A DNA stretch of 64,000 nt, from positions 107,074,001 through 107,138,000 of the forward strand of contig NC_088792.1 in NCBI RefSeq assembly GCF_011386835.1, in the 5' to 3' direction. The notes under the pieces are model-generated. The model worked only from the letters and a program-made list of their open reading frames with translations, did not search any database and had not been told where the DNA came from. The DNA comes from Chrysemys picta bellii. Its lineage: Eukaryota. Shown here in pieces: positions 26,375 to 40,218 of the stretch (the first letter of the stretch is position 1; each line of letters opens with the position of its first letter). The position numbers and the translations under genes were made by a program.

Positions 26375-26704
26375 CAGTGGTTCTCAACTATGGGTCTGGG
26401 GCCCGCAGGGAGGCCGCGAGCAGGTTTCAAGGAGTCTGCCAAGCAGGGCCAGCATTATTCTTGCTGGAACCCAGGGCAGAAACTCAAAACCCCATGGCAT
26501 GGGGTTGAAGCCAAAGCCTGAGCAACTTAGCTTTGCGGGGCCCCCTATGGTGTAGCACCTCAGGCAGTTGCCCTGTTTGCTGCCTCCTAATGCTGGCCCT
26601 GGCTTTTGTATGCAGAAAAACAGTTGTTGTGGCACAGATGGGCCATGGAGTTTTTATAGCATGTTGGGGGAGGGGCTCAGAAAGAAAAAGGTTGAGAACC
26701 CATG
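26375..26704. mobile_element. hAT (Charlie-like) MITE
   Basis: TIRs cagtggttctcaac / gttgagaacccatg; TSD atataact / gtataact (7/8). Confidence 0.82.
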
Positions 26705-27439
26705 GTATAACTGATATGAGAGATACATAACAATTTCACTTATCTTTCACTTACAAAGATCGATTCCAAAGGCATCCCTAAACTAACTTGATGTGGTTCT
26801 TTTTTTGGGGGGGGAGGGGAAATGTAGGTAAAATTACAAGAAAATTTTCTGTTTTGCGCTGTTAAGTGAACACTGTTCTATTTCCAACATTGCAAGAAGA
26901 TCATGCTATTAAAATGATCAGTGCCACAAATTAAGTAAATTAAAAGTCTAAGAATCTTTTTTCATAATTTATAGTAAGGTCTGAAAGCAACCAGAATTGA
27001 TTTCATGGCAGATGCTTTACAAAATAAAAGCCTATTATAATGATCATCAGCGAGAATTGACTCTGAAGGAGTTCCAGTAGGACTTCAGAGAGACATGGAA
27101 TGAAGTTGTTTTTTCACAAATGGTAGCTTTTCATTATCACAATGCTGTAGGCCTTCTGCCTGGGTTCTCTTGTTCTAAAGAGCCTCAAAGAGCATAAGAA
27201 CTAATGATCATAACACCACACAGTAAATCTAAGGGCACGATCCTGCCACTGACTATGCCTGGGGACAGGTCACTTTGAACTCAGTGCAGCTTGACACAGG
27301 CATGGGGATGAGCTGTATGTAGTCAGTTGCAGGATCTGAGCCTAAAATTTTAGCCCAGTTTGTTGGATATCAAGAAGAATTCAGCCCTAGAGTTTCCAAT
27401 TGTTGTTATCTTGATAAATTATGCTGCTTAAAAGAAGGG

Positions 27440-27720
27440 ATGTGACAATTTTGCATAAATACTTGAAGAGGGGAAGCAGTTATTTCAGATGGGTAAGAAT
27501 GATGTAACCAACAGTAGTAGCCTGTGTTTAGATCATGGTACTAGTGAAACTAATTAGCCAATGGAATTGTTTACCAAGAAAATTGTGGAAACAACTTCCC
27601 TAGAGCTATTTTGGAACAGGCTAAATAAAATGCTTATGGGTTTAATGTAGAGAACAATAATGCACTAACTGTGGAGTATGCATGAAATGACCCAGAACAA
27701 CCTTTCCAACTCTAGTGTTT
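27440..27720 (+). mobile_element. Ancient CR1/L3-like 3' fragment
   Basis: gaagagggg...caatggaattgtttaccaagaaaattgtggaa...cttccctagagctattttggaacaggct...ctttccaactctag; highly degenerate. Confidence 0.45.
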
Positions 27721-30238
27721 ATCATTTTAAATGCAACTGCCCAAGCTACAGTAGGGAACTATACTCTAGCGTAGCACTAAGTGCTGATAAGAAATGATCA
27801 TGGTGATGTTTAGAAATGTTGTAACACTTACCAATTTCAAAACACGGTGTGATTAAATTAGACACATTATAGCCTTCTCTACGGGAAAAGCAGATGTTTT
27901 GTATCTTTATTGGAAAAGCAATGAAAAATTATTGAAAGTGTGATACTGCAATGTACTTCATAGCGGTAGTAAAGGGTTTGGTGTGTTTTTTTTTCTTTTA
28001 TTGAATGTTAAAGGGTAGATATTTAAAAATTGATAAAATGTCCACAAGAGTTCTTTTGACAGATCCATTTGGCCCAACATATAATGGTATAAAAAAGGTA
28101 GTGTTGCATGAATTGAAACAGAATGTTGTGACGTACTGTGGAATTTGAAGACAGAAGAACATTCTATTGTTTTGCCAGATAGTTATTTTTATGAAATATA
28201 ATATACAAGTAGCTCTGTTTTTTGGTGAGCTCGAGGCTTCTGACTATAGTATAAAGCTACTTGCATTGTGAAGCTAATTCATCATTTGCTAAAAGTATGA
28301 TGCAGTGAATAGGTGGTGAGGGAGAGGAGATACTCACTGAAGTTTCTGAAGAGCAGGGCTGTTAATGGAGGTGATACTGATGGGAGTGATAAATAATCCA
28401 CATGGGGGCATGTCTGGCCAAGATGAAGTTGCAGACACGGCTCTGCCTATTTCCATATACCAGATAGTGTCCAGCTAGCAGTGCTGGGTGGACTGTATGC
28501 CATACCTTTCAAAATGGAATAGCAAGGACTGCCTCTGAGCACTCCTCACTCTCAACCCCCCTGGAAGCATATCTGCTTTTGCCCAGCACATACACACTGA
28601 GCCCAAGTCACCTCTGCCTTGCAGCTGGTGGAGTCATTTACTTCTATGCAGAGTGAGTGTAAAATGTTACTAAGCTAGACTGGCAACTTTGCACTCACTT
28701 TGGCAAAGGTGTAAATGGATACACAATGCGCAAGGCAATGCAGCTTTAGGCCCAAGACCTCCGAGAACTCCCAGTGGAGTGTTGCTCCTCTGCACAGTAC
28801 ACCACCACCTATAGGATTCTTAATTTGACCCCCAGTTTGCAAGTAGAGTATGCAACATGCAGAATGGTGCGGAAAATACCACGCATGCTTTAGTGCACTC
28901 GGTAGAACCTACATCTTTTTTTATTTTTAATAAAACGAAAAGTTTGGAAGTTAGGTTCCTTAATTGTCTTGCTAGCCTGTCAGATAAAGTCATTGCTTTG
29001 AACAAGGTCTGATGCTAAACTCCTTTTGCAAGTAAATCTGCTGAAGTCCATTGGAGGTCACCTTGTGCAGGGATTGGAGAAAGAGTTCAGGATCAGGCCC
29101 AGCCATTCTAAATTAAAGGGATGTCATAGGGAAATAGTAGTAACCATTTTCCCTTTCAGGTCTGCTGTGAAAATTAAAGTGGAAATGGGATACACTATTA
29201 AAGACATTTAACTGATTATGCTGAAGCCCATTTCAATATGTGCCTGATGAGGGAATAAGCCTTGCAAATGAATTACTTTGCTGTTAATTCATGTAAAACC
29301 CGCATATACAGTGAAGTGCTCTTAAATAAATATTTGATAAATGAATAAAACTCTGGCACACTAAAATGCCAAAATATAATGACTGCCTGACCTGATAAGA
29401 CATAATTACATTTAATGAAAACACCTGCCAAGTGTAGATATGCAGAATAGCACCTGATATGTTCTGCCCACTCCTGTCTGCAAGTAGCTATAAAATCCCG
29501 ACTACTCACCAGTATTGTTACCAACTTCTCCTTATTGTAGGCAAGGATTCCACTCATGACTATCTGACCCCCCATCTGTTAGCTGGTTGATGATATTCAG
29601 CCTATTGTTCCTTTCACGTTAAAATTTTAGGAAAGCACTTTTAAAATGAAAAACTCATGCTTGCTGATTTTGAGACCCCTGCGCATGGGCTCATGCTTAA
29701 CTTGCCATACTGGTCTGTGCTATTTTGGAGTCCCTTAGCCAAAGTCACTGTTGGTCTTGTATTTGATCACTGTCTCCCTAGCTAGGTGTCAGAAGCACAC
29801 AGCCATCACCATATCTGATGCCCCCTGCTATTGATCATTTAAAGGGTTCATACACATTCTCCAGTAAGAAGGTAGGGTGGCATGGTGCATTAAGGCACTA
29901 GACTTTCACCTGTCAAGACCTGAGTCTAAAATCCTAGCTAAAGTCGCAAATGGGGAGGGCTCTGGCCATCTCAACATAGTCCTCATTTTTCTAGCTCCTG
30001 AAAACAACATATATGGCTTGATCTTGAAAGTTGCTTGAGCATCCGCAACTCTCATTGAAGCCAAAAGGAACTGCAGGTATTCCACACCTTTCAGGATTCT
30101 CCCCATAATAGCATGTGATTGGCAAAATGTCCTGGCTAGGATTGTTGCAGGTCAGATTGAAATGATGTGAGGGACCTGTGTAAGGAAGAAAGCCTGGCAC
30201 CTATCTATACAGTAGCTGGTTTGTGCCAATGGTTAGAG

Positions 30239-30451
30239 CAGTGGTTTTCAACCTGTGGTCCACAGATCCCAGAGGGGCCACAGACTATGTCTAAGGGGTC
30301 CGCAAAATGGTTGTTACCATACAACAGTGGTTTTCAACCTGGGGTCCATGGACCCTGGGGTCCACCGACTGTCTAAGATTTCCAAAAGAGTCTGCACCTC
30401 CATTTGAAAATTTTTAGGGGTCCGCAAATGAAAAAAGATTGAAAACCACTG
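30239..30451. mobile_element. hAT MITE with duplicated left end
   Basis: cagtggttttcaacc at 30239 and again near 30325; right TIR gattgaaaaccactg; TSD ggttagag / agatagag (6/8). Confidence 0.75.
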
Positions 30452-30568
30452 AGATAGAGGATAGCACTGAGAGTGTGTATGTGGGTGCACCTGCAATAAG
30501 AAACCTTTTATTAGGGATGAAAAACTTGCAAGTAAGGAGGAGATGATAAACTTTTCTCAGGGGGGAAT

Positions 30569-30738
30569 AGAACGAGGAATACTTGTGGCACCTTAGAGAC
30601 TAACAAATTTATTTGGGCATAAGCTTTTTTAGCCCACGAAAGCTTATGCCCAAATAAATTTGTTAGTCTCTAAGGTGCCACAAGTACTCCTTGTTCTTTT
30701 TGCTGATACAGACTAACACGCTAGCACTCTGAAACCTG
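30569..30738. mobile_element. Penelope-like fragment with inverted arms and half a hammerhead
   Basis: Perfect 48-bp inverted repeat (30580-30627 / 30639-30686); cccacgaaagcttatgc matches the 3' half of the hammerhead layout; flanks tcaggggggaat / tcaagggggaat (11/12). Confidence 0.75.
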
Positions 30739-32794
30739 TCAAGGGGGAATGAAACTAACACTTAAGTGTTAAATGGCACCTAGGCCTTGTTGGCCCTCTA
30801 CATGAGCTGAATTTTACCCTGGAAGAATAGTGCTGTGCAGAGCAGGAAATCAGAGAAGAGTTAAATCAGATTACTCAAGTAAAAAGACAAATGTAACTTT
30901 CCGAGAACTGGTGTCTCTCTCTCTCTCATTCTATGGGAGATGCTCATAGCCAGCGATATCCCCAGATATATCCTAGACTGGCTTGCCATTCTTGTTGAAG
31001 GTTGTTTGGTCTGTTAGGCCCCATATTGAGTACATGCTTTTGCCACCACATAGCTGTAGAGTGGGAAACTTGGGTTTTGGGAGAAAATACACCTGAATTA
31101 GTAGTCTTTTAGTGCAGATGTATTTTCAGTTATTGTAATATGGTGACTTGAGTATTGGTTCCCTAATATATGCTCCCAGTGTGAGTTATATAGTATTATA
31201 GAGTACACAGCATTTTCAGTTCAAATTCTCCAGCTGTCTGCCTTTCCTGCCCAATGCAAGGTTTCACCCTGTCATTATGAGATCTGTAGGTTGGAGACAC
31301 TTTTCATTCTTACTCTGCATGCCTCTCCCTGGATGCTTTTATCGTCCTTATTTTCTCTTCTTTTGCTTCTCTGAGTAAAACTAATTGAAATGAATGGCAG
31401 AAAAGCCGCTTAGTAAGAATTAACTGTTTCCTCTGTGTTTGTGACTGTCAGTGAGAACCGGCTTCTCAGTCACTGTTTCACTCCATCCTAAAAAATATCT
31501 TACCTATTAACTGCTACAAAGATGTAGAGAACACAAACCAGAGGCAGACGCCAATAACCGCTCAGTTCTTTGCAACACCTAGTGTAAATAGCTTCTTTTC
31601 AAGTGATCATATGGTACAACCCTGGAGGGATAGCTCCTCAGACTCAGTGGCGCTACACCATTTTACACCAGCTGAGAATCTGGCCCTTAAAGTTTCTTGG
31701 GCCCAGATCCTCAGTGGTAGTTAGGCATCTAATTCCCATTGAAATCAATGGGAGTTTAGATGCCTGAATACTTTTAAGGATCTGGGTTGTGATGAAGACA
31801 GGGACTCATTTCCTAAACTGAGAGATTCAGACCTACCAGAGGACTCTTGGTCAAATATTCCTTTTCACAAAATAGCCTCCCATTAGCCCATATTTGAATG
31901 TTAAGGGATGTGATCCTGATTATAGTGATCAGCCAAGCAAAGGATTCTCCATAGGTCAGATTGTGCTTCCCTTTTATCTGTTTGTTTCTGAGCTTTCTAA
32001 CCATATTACTCAATAATGAGAATGGTTATAGCTTGTTTTTGTATGCGCACATGCACAAGCTAGTTGTTTCCAAATGTGCAAGATAACAAGAGATGTTCAT
32101 ATGGCCTGGGGGGGAAAGGAAGCATTTACTGGTTTAACTTTTTTTAATCTTGTATTGTTCTTTTGCATTAAAAAAGAAGATCAATTCTGATTTATCCCTA
32201 AAACATTAGCTGACATCATTATTTTAGTTTTCACTTAGGACAAACAGATGTCAGAAAATTAGTTTCAAAGACTGGTTTGACATCAGACTCAGGGACCATT
32301 TCTTACGGCAAACAGGAATGATGGAAGGAATTGGGGGGGATGATACACAGGATTTCTTTCTCATGTAAATTGTCCCATCTAATCCAACCATTTGGTGCAA
32401 CTCAAAACACAGATCACATTTATCAGAGATTTAAAAAAATCATATACCTCCAAACCAAAAAAGCATAAAATCACATACCTCCAAACTTCAAAGAGCAATA
32501 CCAAAAACCAAACCAAAACAACAACAAAAAACAACACCAAAGCCATATTTGCATCTTTGTATGGTCAATCTGACTTACTCCCTTGATAAAGTGTACCAAT
32601 TTAGACAAATGACTGTGCTTCCTAAAGGGTTGGGTGTTTTTTTTTCCCTGAAGTGGAGAAAAGCACATTAATATAACTCCTATGTTAATATCCTGCCTGA
32701 GGAGGGTCAGGACTTTTGTATGGAAGGTACAGGGTTTCCTTTACACTGTCTAAACTTCTCATTTTATTTTTTTCTCTCTCTTCTGTCTCTTTCC

Positions 32795-33308
32795 NNNNNN
32801 NNNNNNNNNNNNNNNNNNNNNNNNNNNNNNNNNNNNNNNNNNNNNNNNNNNNNNNNNNNNNNNNNNNNNNNNNNNNNNNNNNNNNNNNNNNNNNNNNNNN
32901 NNNNNNNNNNNNNNNNNNNNNNNNNNNNNNNNNNNNNNNNNNNNNNNNNNNNNNNNNNNNNNNNNNNNNNNNNNNNNNNNNNNNNNNNNNNNNNNNNNNN
33001 NNNNNNNNNNNNNNNNNNNNNNNNNNNNNNNNNNNNNNNNNNNNNNNNNNNNNNNNNNNNNNNNNNNNNNNNNNNNNNNNNNNNNNNNNNNNNNNNNNNN
33101 NNNNNNNNNNNNNNNNNNNNNNNNNNNNNNNNNNNNNNNNNNNNNNNNNNNNNNNNNNNNNNNNNNNNNNNNNNNNNNNNNNNNNNNNNNNNNNNNNNNN
33201 NNNNNNNNNNNNNNNNNNNNNNNNNNNNNNNNNNNNNNNNNNNNNNNNNNNNNNNNNNNNNNNNNNNNNNNNNNNNNNNNNNNNNNNNNNNNNNNNNNNN
33301 NNNNNNNN
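32795..33308. other. Assembly gap (514 N), 82 bp upstream of IKZF1 exon 5
   Basis: Run of n in the sequence. Confidence 1.
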
Positions 33309-33353
33309 AGAAAACAACTTTCTCACTGAAATCTTTCTCTCGTTACTATGTAA

Positions 33354-33560
<207 letters not shown>

Positions 33561-36000
33561 TAGTAACTGCATCCGAGCACTTTCTGGACAAAGTTTGCTC
33601 ACTTCCAGGTCAGGCCAGGAGTTGTGTACATGCTCACTGCCACCATGTCTTCAATGGCTGCTTGGATCAGGATGCAAGTAGTCTCACTTCAGGCTTAACC
33701 AACTTGTGACATGAACAAAAAATGATCAGCTGCAATGTTTGAGCAGTGAGGATGCCTCCTCAGAAGTTACTAAACTCTGCTTATTTTAGCAACCCCAAAT
33801 AATCAGCTTTTCTTTACTTCTTGGCACCAGGCTAGTTGGAAATTCCCATGTTAGGGTCTGATATTTCAACCCTTAGGTGAGCAATCCCTTTAATGGGACT
33901 ACTTGCATGAATAAGGGCTGCATGATTTGAGTGAAATGCACCACGGTGCAGAGCCTGCCTAAGGCCACTGTGCCAGTTAAGTCCCACTTAATCCCTCAAA
34001 AAGAAGGTTTGAGTAATGCATAGGCTTGGTGCTGGCTCTCTGAATATGAGGTTAATTTCACCCATTGCGCATAACATATGTTGTGTGCTGCATTCTACTC
34101 TTAGAGGTTTTAGGTAGGGGTTGTTATTTCTTAAATAAAAAGACTCTAATATGGAGGCCTGGATAAATATTTTCTGAAATACTCATGCTTGTGCTCATAT
34201 CTGCCTGTTCACTTAACAAGGCTTCTCAATGTTTAAAAAGGTCACCGCATCACTCTCCTTCTGAGAGCAAATCCAAAATGGTACCCGCACCATTAAAAGT
34301 GCCTGCAACCATGCAAACTGGGGCTATGATTTCATCAGATGTCACAAATTAAGCTGGAATTCTCCTGGTCAGTATTTGGATAGGAGGCCTCCAAGGGAAA
34401 CCTTGGTTGCAGAAGTGATGTAAAAAAAAGTTAGCATTGAGCCAATGGCCCTGGATGGTGGTAGCAGACTCTGGAAGTGCCATTTTTTATCTGAGGTGAA
34501 AAACTGATCACTAAAGATGGCTCTATCTGTAAGAGGTGTTCTCCCAGGTGTCCAAATCAAATTCCCTTTGGATTCTGCCTATATCAGGTCCTAATTCAAG
34601 AAACCATTTAAGCACAAGCGTAATATTAAAGATGTGCTTAAGCCCATTGATTTTAGTGCTTAAATGATATCCTGCATAAGGATTTTTTTCTGAACTGGGC
34701 CCATAGGCATTCTGCTTATCTAAAATTGCCATTTCAAGGAGATACAGTATTCCTCTGCACTTCCTCTCCGAACAGGTATTGTGTTGTGCTTTATGCTATT
34801 TATCAGCTGTAGCATTCCATCCCAGATGTGGGTGAAGTGATTTCTATACAGTTTGAATAAAGTTTTGAGATTCTTTAGGATCTGAGAAACTATATAAATA
34901 TGCAATATTATTATGATTAGTTAAAGTGACATCATTGTATGCAAATACATTGATGGTCTCAGTCCAGTTCCTATCTGACAGTGGTGGTGAGTGAAACTCA
35001 AAGATGAGGTTTGTATAACCATCCAAAAGTACAGCTCCTTATCAAAACTGGCCAGTCTTTTTAGTATAAGTCCTCAAATTTTGGGCCAGAAATCTCACGT
35101 GAACGGTCACTCTTGTAAGATTCCCCAGTACTTTCTGCATTTGGTCATGCTAGATACACCACAAGCAGAGCCTCTGTCATGATATTTCAGTGCTTCTACT
35201 TCTGGATTCTGCTAGAACCAGGAAAATGAAAATATTTTTTATAAAAATTATCCAGGACTGATTTGAACCTTTAAAAAAGGCTCTATTTGGATTTGGTTCT
35301 AATTTTAAGTAAAGGGTTGAGTTGGTTCTTGTTGCATCAGAACTAGTTCGTCTATCTCTAGTGGACAGTGGTCTACACCACAAAAACAGTCACCCCAGTT
35401 AGCAGTCTCTGTGCAGAGAGGTAAATAATTAAAGAGACTTGGAGACTGAATTACCTTCTCAGCCCTACTGTTCTTCCCTCATCAACCTGAGAATTCTTCC
35501 TACTTCAAGGATGAGGCAAAGAATGGAGAAAGGCTTGTAGCACTGCAACCCTTTCTGTGCCAAACTGGCAGCTCCCCAATGCAATACATTCTAAGGGGTA
35601 GAGTCCAAGGTCCTGAAATTCCAGAAATTGGGATCTCAGTATAATTTTCAACTTGAGAACCAGGATTTTAACAGCATCTGTCCTAGCATTTTGCAAACCC
35701 TTTAACTTTATAGAAACAGTTATCAATACACACATCTTTATTTTACAAAACCCAGCAAACTGAATACTTAGACAAATGTTGTTATCATATTTGCAAACAT
35801 CCTTTGAGGTATTTGGTGCCTCTGTGGGTCTCTGATTTTGCTGTTGCATGCCACCAGTCACCAAGACAAAATTCTATCTGATATTATACTTGCCCTCAGA
35901 TATTTCAGACCAGTTCCAAAGCAGAGAAGAAAACCAATCAGGACCAATGACACACAAAATGTGTGGGGCAACTGAGATTGCCCTAGTTTTGAAGATTTAA

Positions 36001-36090
36001 GGCCAGATTCCTTGGTTAGTGTAAATCAGGGTAGTTTCATTGATTTCAATGGAGCTAAGCCAGTTTGTACCAGCTGAGGACCTGGTCTTT
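36001..36090. repeat. Example of a short ~85-bp palindromic interspersed repeat (many degenerate copies)
   Basis: ggccagattcct...gtgtaaatcag...tcattgatttcaatgga...ccagctgaggacctggtc. Similar copies near 21090-21200, 24210-24310, 38870-38940, 41060-41225, 57940-58010, 62160-62240. Confidence 0.6.
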
Positions 36091-36252
36091 AAATTAGAGA
36101 CTATAACTAAATTTTCATTGTTGTTTTGAGAGGCCCCAAACACTCCACTGATCGTTGGCTGTAGATAGTCATAGCACAAATGATTTCTTGTTATTATTAT
36201 TATTCTGTCAGATACTTAAGTTAACTCTTTTGCTAAATTGTGTTTTCTGCAG

Positions 36253-36378
36253 TTGGCAAACCTCACAAATGTGGATACTGTGGCCGAAGCTATAAACAAC
36301 GCAGCTCTTTAGAAGAACATAAAGAACGCTGCCACAATTATCTGCAAACCATGAGCCTCTCAGGCAGCTTGTATCCAG
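36253..36378 (+). CDS. IKZF1: IKZF1 exon 6, zinc finger 4
   Basis: ttttctgcag acceptor and gtagga donor; 126 nt. Encodes [42 protein letters not shown]. Confidence 0.98.
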
Positions 36379-38613
36379 GTAGGAGTTCAAAGCAGAAAGG
36401 GTAAACCTGGAACCAGTACCCTCCTGTCACTCATTAATTGCCAGGGGATGGTCTAGTTGAGCTATCTGGGAAGCGTAACTATCCATTACAGTACCACCAC
36501 TGAACAGATTTTTGGATATATATTTCCATCTCTGTCTTGGTAGATAGATAATTAGTTGGAGCTATTGTTGTACTTAATCAATATTTAGTTTTCTTGTTTT
36601 CCTTGCTCCAATCTAAAACGAGAAAGCTAAGGTATGAAGGCCAATTTTGACTTTTACATCTAGAAACAACACCTTCAGGTAACCAGCTACAAGACTTGGA
36701 ATTCCTTAGCTCACCAGCTGTTCAGGCTAAAGCATAGTTATCCCAACTCATAGGGCTGGAACGTTCCTATTTATTTTGAGTCCTATAGATTACAATACTC
36801 AGGACTACAAACTCTTGTTAAAAAGGTAATTCCACTGCCAGTATATGATTTAGAGCTAATTTACTCTGGAATGCACACTTTGGTATAAGAGGGGATAAGA
36901 ACCACACACACACCCTTACACACCTGCATAGGCTATCCGGACCTTGTGTCCCAGTGCACAGCAATGAGTAGGCGCTCAATGCCAACTACTCCTCCCAGGC
37001 CAAGCAAGTGAGCAGGAAGAGAAAAGAACCTTAGCTCTGCCCCACAATGCACTGGCTAACCCAGAGGAGCCAGTCTGGAGAGGGTAGTAATTTGCTGTTG
37101 GTAGGCACCAGCAGCAAACAACTACCCACCTAAACCAAAGGGGAAGTAGGGAGGGAATCATGCCTCTCTGGAACACGATTTTTTCCTTGGGGCCTGTGCA
37201 CCAAAACCTGATCCCATGTCTGGGGCATGTAGCAGAGCCACAATCTATTCCTTAGAGACTACAGAATCTAAAATTGTGCCTAAAATTGAGGAGGTCTTGC
37301 AAGTTGGAAACAAAGGTACCAATTAGATGTGTGAGACTGATCACAAGAGGTAATCATACCAGATACGTTGATAGGCATTAGTTCAGGGGGCGAGCATAGT
37401 ATCAATGTACAGAGGAATTTAAGGTTTCAGTCCATCTGATAAACTACATTTCTTGCATACCTTTTGGATCCTGTAAGTATATATTATTCAGTTTGTCAAA
37501 TGACAAACTGGTATGTTATCTCTGACCTATTTGCAATGATGCCTTATTTAACATTGTATATCTGGACAGCACTTGAATATGTTTTTACATGTTACAAGAT
37601 AATGTAAAGTATATGCACATAATGATAACACTGAATGCAGCTGAGATCCTTCTGACAGACAGCATGTTAGAGCAGCGCTCCTCCTAATTTTATTGAGGGG
37701 TTGGAGAATGTATAAATAGGAGGAAAGCTGAAGCTAATGTACTCAAAGCCATGATATTTATTCCGTAACAGGGTGATAGGATGTAGAAGCCAATAGTCTG
37801 TCTGGGGTTAGAATTTCCAGCCTGGCATAAAGGTTTGATACGTCTGTGGGCAAAAGAAAACAACAATTTGTGTTAGCTTTTCAGTAACTTGCTGAAAATA
37901 AAATATTAGTAAAGAAAAATATGCAGATGAAGCTGAAATCAGTAACGAGAAACTGTAGTAAGAAATAACTCTCAGATGTATGGGACTGTGCTTATTATAA
38001 ACCCTGACAGAAAAAGCTTAGATGTTCACAGCAGTTTAGGGTTATGCAGCTCAGTATTTAATATTTGAATCAGATTGAAAGTTGGCATATTCATAAGTGG
38101 TGTTTAAGAAACATTGCTTTCTTGAATACACAAAGAGTATCAGACAGATCCCTATTATACCTAATATGACTTTGATTTTAGAAACCGGCAGTAAAATGGA
38201 AGGAATAGCTTATATTTTAAACATTGTATTTTGCCAAAGCTCCTACTTTTTAACAAAATTTGGTATTATTTCTCAGGTAATAAACCAGTTTTTCATTAAA
38301 AAAAACCTTTGTTGAAAGTGATCCTGGTATTTTAAATTACATACCAGGCTCCCTAACTCATCACAAACACAGTTTGACTTCAGATGCCGTTTTTCAATTT
38401 TAAAAATATTGTATCTGTAAAGAGGTAAATATGCAACAAAGCCGGTCAGAATGAGACATGGTCCTTTTCGTATTTAAAAATATTTTTATTGCATGTTTTT
38501 TATACTTAGAAAAGTAAGTCAGTCTTATATGCAAGAACTACTGTTCATTCAGCTTTTCAGTATGTATTATTGAGCTATTACTACGATAATAAAGTCCCAC
38601 TGATTGTTGTATT

Positions 38614-38780
38614 GATAGAATCATAAAAATGAGGGGTAAGGTCATCCGGTCCATCTCCCTGTTACTGCAGGATTATTTTCCACAGCATATTTTCTAGTAT
38701 TTTGTCTAATCTAATTGAAAAAGTCCTAAGCAATTGATTTCTACCACTTCCTTTAGGAGCCTGATAGATCTCATTGGGAA
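38614..38780 (-). mobile_element. CR1 3' end fragment
   Basis: gatagaatcata...aggtcatccggtccatctcccc...tttctaccacttcctttagg is the reverse complement of a CR1 tail. Confidence 0.55.
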
Positions 38781-40036
38781 ACGTACCTAATATGGGCAGA
38801 GCCAAGGAGGAGGGTGAAGGGGAACAACATATTTTCTTTCATTTTGTCTTTGAATTTGACGATTTGGAGTGAAATCCTGGCCCCACTGAAATCAATGGCA
38901 GAGCTCCAAACAACTTCAGTAGGGCTAGAATTTCACCTTAGTGTCTGATGCTGCTTCCACAGACATAAGTTGGAGTTTTGCTATTGATTTCAATAGGAAC
39001 ACATGAGACCCTCCAAGTACTATAGAAAATAACAGAAAAGACAAACTATGAAAACTTATAGACTGAGCTTTGCTCTTGTGGTTTAGTATATCATTAGAAT
39101 AAATCAATGAAGATACGGCATAGTACAGCCACAAAGATACACAGGTAGATTGATATCTGTATACGCCTACACCGAGTGGGCCAATGTTTTTTGTTCCCAC
39201 AAAAAAATTCAGTGAAAACACAAAAACAGAAAAAAAATTCAATTTTTGGCAACCAACCCCCCTCCCCAAAATTCAGGTTTGCAGCCAATGTTTTTGGGGT
39301 GTGGTAGGGTGGGGGTAGGTTTCAGTTTCCCAAAACTGGAAAATACTGGTTTGGGCCTAAATTTTTATTTTTTGCTTGCCATTTTTCATCAAAACAGCAA
39401 ACAAACAAACAAACAAACAAAAAGTATGTGAACTCATGGGCTAACCCTCCTTTAATTCTTTGGAACTGTTATTGTGCTACCTTCTTGGATGTCATGGGGA
39501 AATGTCTTTGCATTTTGGTGGCAATGTGGGAACTGCTATTTGTCATTATTTCCTTTAGAAACAATGACTTTTTGTTGTTTTGGGCCTTTACCATAGAGTT
39601 TTACCCTTTTGTGACTTCTAAATTGGATTGGAAAACACCTGAAAGTGTTAGCCTACACCAAATATAGAAGCTTGCTTCCTTAATGGGTGCATGGTAATGA
39701 GCATACAACACCATTGCTCTGTACTGACTGACTGATCACTTCCAGATGCTATTCAAGGAGTGGGTCACAGTCTTTAAAATCTTAAATGGTCTGGGGCCCA
39801 GTCATTTTAGCGAGCACTTCAACCACTGTAGTATGTCATCCTGCAGCAGTGGTTAAGATCTGCTAGATTGCTCCTGCTATTGGTTCCTAGAGTTGTCTTC
39901 CATGGGGGCACTCTTCTCTGAGGGTACTTAACAGCTTCTTCTGTTGATCCACCCCACCTGAGTCTGTCAACTCAGGGGATGATGTAGCCAAGCCTGTTCT
40001 ATCAGGCTGCCATTTAAATGACATATTGCTAACATT

Positions 40037-40218
40037 AGAGAGACAAGGTGGGTGAGGTAATATCTTTTATTGGACCAACTTCTGTGGGTGAGAGAGACAA
40101 GCTTTCGAGCTTACACAGACCTGAAGAAGAGTCAAATTGGTCCAATAAAAGATATTACCTCATCCACCTTGTCTCTCTCTAATATCCTGGGACCAATACA
40201 GTTACAATAACACTGTAT
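40037..40218. mobile_element. Penelope-like fragment with inversion through the hammerhead
   Basis: 42-bp inverted arms (40037-40078 / 40137-40178, 1 mismatch); same tail as the 15.5 kb copy; degenerate TSD acatattgctaacat / acatattactagcat (13/15). Confidence 0.75.

Noticed and set aside
29240-29270. ctgatgagggaataagccttgcaaa, a hammerhead-like core
   Set aside because: It lacks the required GAAA after stem II (reads GCAAA), and no stem I or III was found.
31441-31475. Small hairpin gtgac..tgagaa ccggc ttctca gtcac
   Set aside because: Only 11 bp with a large bulge; too short to distinguish from chance without conservation data.
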